Source: an uncultured Actinomycetes bacterium
Lineage (GTDB): Bacteria > Actinomycetota > UBA4738 > JBBDTT01
DNA length: 64,000 bases
Assembly (NCBI GenBank): GCA_963742735.1
Contig: CAVUMN010000004.1
Coordinates: 1,408,001-1,472,000 of the forward strand
Direction of reading: 5' to 3'
Positions 1 to 7,352 of the stretch are shown in pieces. A model generated the notes under the pieces. The model had not been told where the DNA came from and did not search any database. It saw only the letters and a program-made list of their open reading frames with translations. Each line of letters opens with the position of its first letter. Position 1 is the first letter of the stretch. Made by a program: the position numbers and the translations under genes.

Positions 1-1
1 G

Positions 2-1105
2 GACCTCGGCGGCCACGCCATCAAGGCCGCCGTGGAGCGGGCGGGCGTCGACGGCGCCTCGATCGACTACGTCCTGATGGGACAGGTCCTGCAGGCCGGC
101 GCCGGCCAGATCACGGCCCGCCAGGCGGCGATCCTCGCCGGCCTTCCGAAGGAGGTCCCGGCGATCACGATCAACAAGGTCTGCCTGTCGGGGCTCAACG
201 CCATCGCCCTGGCCGACCAGCTGATCCGCGCCGGGGAGATCTCCACGGCCGTGGCCGGGGGCATGGAGTCGATGACCAACGCCCCGTACGTGCTGCCCTC
301 GGGCCGGTACGGCGCTCGAATGGGCAACGCCCAGCTCGTCGACTCGATGATCTACGACGGCCTGTGGTCGACGTTCACCGACATGCACATGGGGGAGTCC
401 TCGGACGAGGTCAACGTGGACCTGAAGATCGGCCGCGAGGAGCAGGACGCGTGGGCGGCCCGCAGCCACCAGCGCGCGGCCGAGGCCCAGAAGAACGGCG
501 TGTTCGACGACGAGATCGTCAAGGTGCAGATCCCCCAGCGCAAGGGCGACCCCATCGAGGTCGCGGCCGACGAGGGTATCCGCCCCGACACGACCGAGGA
601 GTCGCTGGCGAAGCTCCGGCCGGCGTTCAAGGTGGACGGGACGATCACGGCGGGCAACGCGTCGCAGATCTCCGACGGCGGGGCGGCCACGTTGGTCATG
701 AGCCGGGAGCGGGCCGAGGAGCTCGGCCTGGAGCCGATGGTCGAGATCGTCGCGCACGGCATGAGCGCCGAGCGCTACGCCTACCTGCACACCGTCCCGG
801 CCATCGCCCTGGAGAACGCGCTGAAGAAGGCGGGGCTGCAGGCGAGCGACCTGGGCCTGGTGGAGTTCAACGAGGCGTTCGCCGCGGTGTCCCTGAACGC
901 CGCGCGCCAGATGGGGTTCGACGAGGGGATCGTCAACGCCAACGGCGGCGCGGTCGCCGTGGGACACCCCATCGGGATGAGCGGGGCGCGGCTCGTGTTG
1001 CACCTGGCCTACGAGATGAAGCGCAAGGGCGTGAAGTACGGGGCGGCGGCCCTGTGCGGCGGCGGCGGCCAGGGCGACGCCCTGATCGTCAAGCTGCCCG
1101 ACTGA
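2..1105 (+). CDS. acetyl-CoA C-acetyltransferase (thiolase), 5' truncated by window edge
   Basis: INKVCLSG active-site Cys, NEAF, GHPIGMSG and CGGGG motifs; frame is open upstream of the GTG at 32. Confidence 0.95.
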   Translation, partial: DLGGHAIKAAVERAGVDGASIDYVLMGQVLQAGAGQITARQAAILAGLPKEVPAITINKVCLSGLNAIALADQLIRAGEISTAVAGGMESMTNAPYVLPSGRYGARMGNAQLVDSMIYDGLWSTFTDMHMGESSDEVNVDLKIGREEQDAWAARSHQRAAEAQKNGVFDDEIVKVQIPQRKGDPIEVAADEGIRPDTTEESLAKLRPAFKVDGTITAGNASQISDGGAATLVMSRERAEELGLEPMVEIVAHGMSAERYAYLHTVPAIALENALKKAGLQASDLGLVEFNEAFAAVSLNAARQMGFDEGIVNANGGAVAVGHPIGMSGARLVLHLAYEMKRKGVKYGAAALCGGGGQGDALIVKLPD

Positions 1106-1418
1106 TCGGAGGCCGGGGACGCGCCGGGTCGGAGCGCCGCTCCTCCTGACATTCCTGCTGAGCCTCCTGGCGGCGGGGTGCTCCTCGGACCCCCCTCCCT
1201 CGCCGTCGCCCGAGCCGAGCTTCGACTCGAACCTGCCGGCCTGCGAGGTGGGCGAGGAGTTCCCCTTCGCCGGCGAGACGATCGTCATCCCCGAGCCCGG
1301 GCACTCCTCGACGATGTTCTGGACCGGGCCGCAGGACGCGGGCCAGCGAAGGGTGACCACGGATGAGGACGGGAACGTCAGCGTCGACGACGAACCCGCC
1401 TGCCGCGTCCGGGGCTAA
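1104..1418 (+). CDS. putative small lipoprotein (not in ORF track; start uncertain)
   Basis: Frame reads RRVGAPLLLTFLLSLLAAGCSSDPPPSPSPEP...ACRVRG*; hydrophobic stretch plus LAAGC lipobox; no in-frame ATG/GTG before it (CTG at 1102 would fit with one indel). Confidence 0.6.
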   Translation, partial: DRRPGTRRVGAPLLLTFLLSLLAAGCSSDPPPSPSPEPSFDSNLPACEVGEEFPFAGETIVIPEPGHSSTMFWTGPQDAGQRRVTTDEDGNVSVDDEPACRVRG

Positions 1419-1431
1419 CGCCGGTCCCCGG

Positions 1432-2325
1432 TCAGCTCGGTGCCCGGCCCTCCCAGGGCAGGGGGGCTCGAGCGGCGCGCTTGAGCTTCCAGAACACGCC
1501 CCACACCTCGAGCAGCTTCGTCTGGGCGTCGCGCTCGTCGGCGACGCCCTTGCCCTCGGGTGAGTAGGCCTCGTCGCGGGCCTCGAACACCGCGTTGAAC
1601 AGCGTCTCGACGCCGGCGTGGGCGCGCTCCGCCTCGATCTTCGCCTCGTCGGCCTGCTGCCGGTAGCGCGGGTCGTTGCCGCGCTCGAACATGCCCTCCC
1701 AGTACGCGGCCTCGCGCAGGGAGCGCTCCAGGTCGTCCAGCAGGTCGTCGGCCTGCTCGGCGACCTGCTTCGCCGACGCCTCGACCTGCAGGAACAGGTC
1801 GCCGTAGAACTCCGGGGTGATCGGCCAGGCCTCGATGATCCACCGGTCCTCGTCGAGGTTCCACGCCGAGTACGGGCGTTCGGACTTCACCTCGTCGTCC
1901 GTCCCGGTCCCGGGCTTGATGTAGTACTGGACCTGCATCGTCCCCGCGCAGTCGTCGGTCGTCAGGCCCAGGCTCGCCACGGTCGGGTAGTTCACCGGCC
2001 CGCACGCCGCACGCAGCCGCTTCACCAGGCCGTCCGGATCGGTGCCGCCGCCGGCGGCGTAGGCCTCGGTGTCCACCCACACCTGGACGTCCAGGTCCCC
2101 GCCCTCGTCCCAGTTGTAGGACGCCCCGGAACCGATCACGCAGAACGAGATCCAGTCACGGGCGCCGGGGGCCGCGGACTCGAGGACCGGGAGGATGTGG
2201 CCGAGGAGCCGGTCGCGAGCCTCGGGCTTCACGCCGTTCGCCTCGAACACGCACGGATACAGCGTCGGGTGCGGGTCGGTGAGGAACGGGACCTGCGGCG
2301 CGGCCGGCGTCTCGTCGTCGGGCAT
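1432..2325 (-). CDS. Pol-beta superfamily nucleotidyltransferase, phage-like
   Basis: C-terminal part of ORF 1432..2970 starting at ATG 2325 (MPDDETP); hG[GS]...DxD motif IGSGASYNWDEGGDLDVQVWVD; helical C-terminal region. Confidence 0.75.
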   Translation of the reverse strand: MPDDETPAAPQVPFLTDPHPTLYPCVFEANGVKPEARDRLLGHILPVLESAAPGARDWISFCVIGSGASYNWDEGGDLDVQVWVDTEAYAAGGGTDPDGLVKRLRAACGPVNYPTVASLGLTTDDCAGTMQVQYYIKPGTGTDDEVKSERPYSAWNLDEDRWIIEAWPITPEFYGDLFLQVEASAKQVAEQADDLLDDLERSLREAAYWEGMFERGNDPRYRQQADEAKIEAERAHAGVETLFNAVFEARDEAYSPEGKGVADERDAQTKLLEVWGVFWKLKRAARAPLPWEGRAPS

Positions 2326-2349
2326 GGGCCCGTATCCTGCCATCTGCCG

Positions 2350-3510
2350 ATGAGCGACGACGCGTTCGCGCTGCCCGATGAGCTGGAGACGTTCCGCAAG
2401 GTGGTGCGCGACCTGGCCGAGCGCCACGTCGAGCCCCGGGCGGCGGAGATCGACGCGACCGACGAGTTCCCCGAGGACATCCATCGCCTGCTGGTCCAGA
2501 ACGAGCTGATGGCCGTGGGCTATCCGGAGGAGCACGGCGGATCGGGTGGCGGGTCGCTGACGTTCTGCGTCCTGTCCGAGGAGCTGGCGCGGGTCTCCGC
2601 CGGCGCCTCGCTGATCCCGCTCGTCTCCCGGCTGGGCGCGACCCCGGTGATGCTCGCCGGGAGCGACGACTTGAAGCGAGAGCTCTTCGGAGGGATCGCC
2701 CGGGGCGAGCACCAGATGTCGTACTGCCTTACCGAGCCGGCCGCCGGATCGGACGCGGGGTCCATGCGGACGAAGTACGAGGTGACCGACGACGGCTTCC
2801 GGCTGAACGGAACGAAGCGATTCATCACGAACGCCGGCGTCTCCGACGCGTACACGGTGTTCGCCACGCGCGACCCCGCGCTCGGCACGTCCGGGATCTC
2901 CTGCTTCCTGGCGATGCGCGACGACCCCGGGGTGAGCTTCGGCAAGCTCGAGCACAAGATGGGCATCCACGGCTCGCCGACCCGCGAGGTGTACTTCGAG
3001 GACGCGGAGCTCCCGGCCGACCGGCTGATCGGGGAGGAGGGGGAGGGCTTCACCTACGCGATGCGCACCCTGGACTACTCGAGGCCGACGATCGGGGCGC
3101 AGGCCCTCGGCATCGCCCAGGGGGCGTTCGACTTCGCGGCGCGCTACGCCACCGAGCGCGAGCAGTTCGGCCAGCCGATCGCCCGCTTCCAGGGGCTGCA
3201 GTTCATGATCGCCGACATGGCGATGCGCATCGAGGCCAGCCGGCTGCTCGTCTACAAGGCCGCCTCGCTGGTGGAGCGGGCCGATCCCTCGATGACGAGG
3301 TTCGCGGCGATGGCGAAGTGCTTCGCGAGCGACACCGCGATGGCCGTGACCACCGACGCCGTGCAGATCCTGGGTGGCTACGGCTACATGCGCGACTACC
3401 CGGTCGAGCGGATGATGCGCGACGCGAAGATCACCCAGATCTACGAGGGGACCAACCAGGTGCAGCGGATCGTGATCGCCCGACAGGTGCTGAAGGCGAT
3501 GGGGGCATGA
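2350..3510 (+). CDS. acyl-CoA dehydrogenase
   Basis: CLTEPAAGSD, LNGTKRFITN, QILGGYGY and IYEGTNQVQR motifs; ATG at 2350. Confidence 0.95.
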   Translation: MSDDAFALPDELETFRKVVRDLAERHVEPRAAEIDATDEFPEDIHRLLVQNELMAVGYPEEHGGSGGGSLTFCVLSEELARVSAGASLIPLVSRLGATPVMLAGSDDLKRELFGGIARGEHQMSYCLTEPAAGSDAGSMRTKYEVTDDGFRLNGTKRFITNAGVSDAYTVFATRDPALGTSGISCFLAMRDDPGVSFGKLEHKMGIHGSPTREVYFEDAELPADRLIGEEGEGFTYAMRTLDYSRPTIGAQALGIAQGAFDFAARYATEREQFGQPIARFQGLQFMIADMAMRIEASRLLVYKAASLVERADPSMTRFAAMAKCFASDTAMAVTTDAVQILGGYGYMRDYPVERMMRDAKITQIYEGTNQVQRIVIARQVLKAMGA

Positions 3511-4016
3511 CGGATCGGCCCGGCAAGCCGGTCTCGGAGTCCCAGGTGGTGCTCACCGTGCCCATGGAGCTCGAGCACTCGAACCTGGCCGGGAACGTCC
3601 ACGGCGGCGTGATCATGCGCCTGGCCGACACCGCGGCCGGGCTCGCGGCGGCCCGCCACTGCGGCGGGCTGGCGGTGACCGTGAGCATGGACGACATGTC
3701 GTTCATGGAGCCGGTGTTCCTGGGCGACATCGTCACCGTCAAGGCCATGGTGAACGAGGCCTGGCACACCTCGATGGAGGTCGGCGTGCGGGTCGAGGCC
3801 GAGAACTTCCGCTCCGGGCGGCACGCCCACACGTCCAGCGCGTACCTGGTCTTCGTGGCCCTCGACGACATGGGCCGGCCGCGCGAGGTTCCGGCCGCCG
3901 TGGCCGAGAACGACGAGGAGCGCCAGCGTCAGACCGAGGCCAAGCTCCGCCGCGAGGCCCGCCTGGCCCGCAAGCGGGCCATCCTGGCCACCCGCGAGCG
4001 CGAGGGCGATAGCTGA
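3507..4016 (+). CDS. acyl-CoA thioesterase (hotdog fold)
   Basis: NLAGNVHGGVIMRLAD motif; ATGA overlap with upstream stop. Confidence 0.9.
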   Translation: MTDRPGKPVSESQVVLTVPMELEHSNLAGNVHGGVIMRLADTAAGLAAARHCGGLAVTVSMDDMSFMEPVFLGDIVTVKAMVNEAWHTSMEVGVRVEAENFRSGRHAHTSSAYLVFVALDDMGRPREVPAAVAENDEERQRQTEAKLRREARLARKRAILATREREGDS

Positions 4017-4029
4017 CGGTCCGTCAGAT

Positions 4030-4758
4030 TCAGGCGGCGGGATCCAGGAACCGCACCGAGTCGAGCAGCCCGTCCACGTGCGGCTTCAGGGTCGACCAGT
4101 TGTCCCTCGTGGTGTCCACCAGCACCACCAGGGGACCCGAGTCGAGGTCGAACACGCGGATGACGAGCAGCTGCCCCTTGGGGATCCACAGGGGGTCCGT
4201 CGACTCGTCGATCGTGAGCAGCGGCAGGCACGGCACCTCGCAGTAGGCGGGCTGGTCGTCCAGGACGTCGGTGACGGTGGCCTCGATCAGCGTCCCGTCC
4301 AGCCCGGCCAGGTGGGCCTCGCCGGTGGCTCGGACGTCGAGCTCCTCGCGGCCGGCGAACCAGCTGGCCAGATCGGCCGGGACCTTGCCCGGGTCGCCGG
4401 CCTCGTCGTGGACGGACACCGGCCGGAGGAACAGCAGGGCGCTCTCCTCGCTGTGGAACTCGACCCAGCCCGGCTCGTTGACCTCGCCGAACCACGGGAA
4501 GGGCATGCCGGGCTGTCCCTCGAACGTGAAGACGGGATCGAATCCCGTCGCGGCGTAGCGCTGGTTCTCCTGCGACGCGACGCCCAGGGGGAAGGGGTTC
4601 ACGCCCTCGGGGAGCTCGACCTCGGGGGTCGGCGACTCGGCGGGAGTGGTGGCGGTCGCCGGGGCCGGTGACGCCCCCGTCGCGGCGGGCTCCGGGTTGC
4701 CGGAGCAGGCGGCGAGGGCCAGGAGCATCGACAGGCTCAGGATGATCGATCGGCGCAT
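4030..4758 (-). CDS. lipoprotein of unknown function
   Basis: MRRSIILSLSMLLALAAC lipobox, Pro/Thr linker, GAGGAGG RBS. Confidence 0.8.
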   Translation of the reverse strand: MRRSIILSLSMLLALAACSGNPEPAATGASPAPATATTPAESPTPEVELPEGVNPFPLGVASQENQRYAATGFDPVFTFEGQPGMPFPWFGEVNEPGWVEFHSEESALLFLRPVSVHDEAGDPGKVPADLASWFAGREELDVRATGEAHLAGLDGTLIEATVTDVLDDQPAYCEVPCLPLLTIDESTDPLWIPKGQLLVIRVFDLDSGPLVVLVDTTRDNWSTLKPHVDGLLDSVRFLDPAA

Positions 4759-4787
4759 GGGGCTTCCTCCTCGGGGTCTTTCAGGGA

Positions 4788-4816
4788 GACAGACCGAAGC
4801 CCGGTCCAGGGTTTAC
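4788..4816 (-). promoter_or_regulatory. putative ECF promoter GTAAACC-N17-CTGTC for the lipoprotein gene
   Basis: Same elements and spacing as the copy at 5964-5992 upstream of the ECF sigma gene. Confidence 0.7.
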
Positions 4817-5403
4817 CCGCGGTCGCGAACCCAGGGGCCCCCGGTGAAGACCAGGCGGCGGAAGCCGCAGGCGTCCGCCCCGGTCAGCGACAGCGTGAGG
4901 GTGTCCCCGGAGACGCGCCACCGGTAGGCCATCGGCTCACCGCAGTGGTCGAAGAACGCGCCGGAGGTCAGCACCTCGCCCTCCACCCGGAAGGCGGTGT
5001 CGAGGGCGTCGCCGTACTGCCGGCCGAACCCGGGAGTGGTCAGGAGCTCCATGCGCCCGTCCGCGCCGAGCCGAAGCGTGAAGGCTCCGGCCAGGACGGG
5101 CACGGGAGCGTCTTCCGGCGCGATCGTCCGCCGCCACGTCCCCACCAGCTCCGTCGGGATCACCGCCGGCGCCGGAGCCGTCGGCGAGACGGCGGGGACC
5201 GTGGGCGCCTCCACGACCAGGGCGCGGACGCCGAGGACCGAGGCCGGCACGAGCACGGCGGCGGCCACGGCCACCGAAACCCGGCGCGCGATCCGGCGAC
5301 GGTGCTCGATCCGGACCGTCGCGGTCAGCCGGGGCTCGATCCGCGGATCCACCTCGCCCGCGGCGGCGCGAAGCTCGCGGCGCACGCGCGACTCAACGCT
5401 CAT
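4813..5403 (-). CDS. single-pass membrane protein, putative anti-sigma factor
   Basis: Overlaps the ECF sigma 3' end; short cytoplasmic helix, Arg-rich patch, TM segment, extracellular domain with two Cys. Confidence 0.7.
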   Translation of the reverse strand: MSVESRVRRELRAAAGEVDPRIEPRLTATVRIEHRRRIARRVSVAVAAAVLVPASVLGVRALVVEAPTVPAVSPTAPAPAVIPTELVGTWRRTIAPEDAPVPVLAGAFTLRLGADGRMELLTTPGFGRQYGDALDTAFRVEGEVLTSGAFFDHCGEPMAYRWRVSGDTLTLSLTGADACGFRRLVFTGGPWVRDRG

Positions 5404-5950
5404 CGTCGTCCTCCTCGCCGAGCAGCTCCTTCAGCCGGGCTCGCGCCCGGTGCAGGTGCACCTTCGCCGTGTTCACCGAGCAGTCGAGCAGGTCGGCCAC
5501 CTCCACGACCGGACGGTCCTCGAAGTAGAACAGCACCACCGCGGCCCGCTGCTTCGCCGGCAGCCGGCTCACGGCGCGCAGGGCGTCCAGGTCCCTCCCC
5601 GGCGCCGTGGCGGGCTCCCTCGCCCCGGCCTCCAGGTCTCGCCGCCGCCACTCGCGCCGGGCGTTGCGCACCGCCAGGCGGATGGCCACCCGTCGGACCC
5701 ACGCGTCCGGCATCTCGTACCGGGAGACCTTCTTCCAGTGCCGGAGGAGCTGGACGAAGGCCTCCTGGGCGACGTCCTCCGCCCGCCCACGATCCCGCAC
5801 CACCAGGAAGACGGTCCGGACCACGGCCGCGAACTCCTCGCGGAAGAACCACGCGAACTCCTCGTCGGGGTCGGGCTCGGACGCGCCCCCCTCCACCGCC
5901 GAACGCCGGCGGCCGAGGCGATCTCCGAGCGCGTTCGTCGGGTCAGTCAT
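5393..5950 (-). CDS. ECF RNA polymerase sigma factor (SigE-like family)
   Basis: AEDVAQEAF region 2; LPAKQRAAVVLFYFED...NTAKVHLHRAR region 4. Confidence 0.9.
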   Translation of the reverse strand: MTDPTNALGDRLGRRRSAVEGGASEPDPDEEFAWFFREEFAAVVRTVFLVVRDRGRAEDVAQEAFVQLLRHWKKVSRYEMPDAWVRRVAIRLAVRNARREWRRRDLEAGAREPATAPGRDLDALRAVSRLPAKQRAAVVLFYFEDRPVVEVADLLDCSVNTAKVHLHRARARLKELLGEEDDDER

Positions 5951-5963
5951 CTCCCCGAACCAT

Positions 5964-5992
5964 GACAGGCCCGGGAGGCCGGGGAGGTTTAC
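5964..5992 (-). promoter_or_regulatory. putative autoregulatory ECF promoter GTAAACC-N17-CTGTC
   Basis: Immediately upstream of the ECF sigma ATG; duplicated at 4788-4816. Confidence 0.7.
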
Positions 5993-5999
5993 CGCGGAG

Positions 6000-6662
6000 C
6001 TAGCCGGTGGTCGCCGAGGCGATCGGGTCGCTCGTCGGCCGGTCGCTGCCGCCGGCCGGCTCCTCGGTGACGGCCACCAGGTCGAAGTCGGTGCTCGCCA
6101 GCTGGAAGGGCACGACGCCGTCCCGGAAGAGCCCGGAGGGCACCATGCGCCCGTCCTCGCGGAGCCACAGCTCGTACACCCGTCCCGCCGGCGGCGCGGG
6201 GGCCTCGCTCACCAGGAGCGCGCCGTCGCTCCCGGGGACGTACGCCAGGGTGAAGTTCCCCTGAGGGCCGTGCATGACCGCGAGCTCCAGGCCGCCGGCC
6301 GGCCGGTCCCGGGTCACCAGCAGCGTCGCGCCGACCGAGCCCACGATCAGGATCACCGCGGCCGCCGCCCCCAGGACCGCTCGCCGCCACCGGGGCGCGG
6401 TGGTCCGGGCGGCCCGGCCGAGGTGCCGGCCTCCGGCGAGGGCGGCGATGCGGTCCTCGAGGTCGGCGGGGGGCTCGATGGGCGGCGTGGCCAGGGCCAG
6501 GCGCGCGGCGACCTCGGCGAAGTCCCCGTACAGGGCCAGGCACACCTCGCACCCGGGGCGGTGCTCCTCGAACTCCGTCTCGAAGGCGGCGCGCTCGATG
6601 GGATCCATGCCCCCGAGCACGTAGACGACGATGCGCTCCTCGATGACGGCGTGATCGATCAT
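6000..6662 (-). CDS. rskA: anti-sigma-K factor RskA-like
   Basis: N-terminal HxxxCxxC (HRPGCEVC), TM helix, YELW and AVTEEPAGGSDRPT RskA motifs; ATG at 6662. Confidence 0.85.
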   Translation of the reverse strand: MIDHAVIEERIVVYVLGGMDPIERAAFETEFEEHRPGCEVCLALYGDFAEVAARLALATPPIEPPADLEDRIAALAGGRHLGRAARTTAPRWRRAVLGAAAAVILIVGSVGATLLVTRDRPAGGLELAVMHGPQGNFTLAYVPGSDGALLVSEAPAPPAGRVYELWLREDGRMVPSGLFRDGVVPFQLASTDFDLVAVTEEPAGGSDRPTSDPIASATTG

Positions 6663-7285
6663 GGGGCGTCCCTTCCGACGAGCGCGGCCCGCAGCCGGCG
6701 CATGGCCAGCAGGCAGCGGCTCTTCACGGTCCCGAGCGGCAGCGCCAGTCGCTCGGCGATCTGGGCCTGCGACAGGCCCCCGAAGTACATGAGGGTCACG
6801 ACCTCGGCCTGCTCGGCGGGAAGATCCTCCAGGGCCTCGCGGACCTGGGCCCGGTCGCCGGCGAGGTCCATGGTGCGCGCCACGTCGTCGGCGATGTCCG
6901 CGGCGGGGATGGTCTCGTGCTGGACGCGCTGGGCGCGCCGGGTGTGGGCCTCCTCGCGGCGGACCCCGTCCACGGCCCGGTGGTGGATCGAGGACAGGAG
7001 CCAGGTCCGGACCGTGCCGCGCGACGGGTCGTAGGCGCCAGCGCCCCTCCACAGCGCCAGGAAGGTCTCCTGCACGATCTCCTCGGCGAGGAACTCCTGC
7101 TTCACGATCCGCACCGCCAGGCCGAAGGACGCGGCCGCGTACCGGCGGTACAGCCCGCGAAAGGCGTCCTCGTCTCCCGCCGCGATACGGCGCAACAGGT
7201 CGCCGTCGCGGGCCTCGGACAGGCTAGCGACGGACAGGGGCTCCACCTCCTCGCGGAGGCGAAGCGGCAGGACGGATGCCGTCAT
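6659..7285 (-). CDS. sigK: ECF sigma factor, SigK-like
   Basis: ECF regions 2 and 4 (AEEIVQETF, YDPSRG, PLGTVKSR); coupled to rskA. Confidence 0.8.
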   Translation of the reverse strand: MTASVLPLRLREEVEPLSVASLSEARDGDLLRRIAAGDEDAFRGLYRRYAAASFGLAVRIVKQEFLAEEIVQETFLALWRGAGAYDPSRGTVRTWLLSSIHHRAVDGVRREEAHTRRAQRVQHETIPAADIADDVARTMDLAGDRAQVREALEDLPAEQAEVVTLMYFGGLSQAQIAERLALPLGTVKSRCLLAMRRLRAALVGRDAP

Positions 7286-7317
7286 GGGGACCTCGTGCCG
7301 GTGGTCGATGCCCCTGC

Positions 7318-7344
7318 ATTCGCACGCGGGGGGCCCTCGGATGA
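7318..7344 (-). promoter_or_regulatory. SigK-type promoter TCATCC-N15-GCGAAT
   Basis: Resembles the mycobacterial SigK consensus (CATCC...CGAA) and lies upstream of the sigK-like gene. Confidence 0.65.
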
Positions 7345-7352
7345 GTCACGGC

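Noticed and set aside
1432-2325. Nucleotidyltransferase as part of CBASS, an MNT-HEPN toxin-antitoxin pair or a prophage
   Set aside because: No effector, HEPN partner, integrase or structural phage genes nearby
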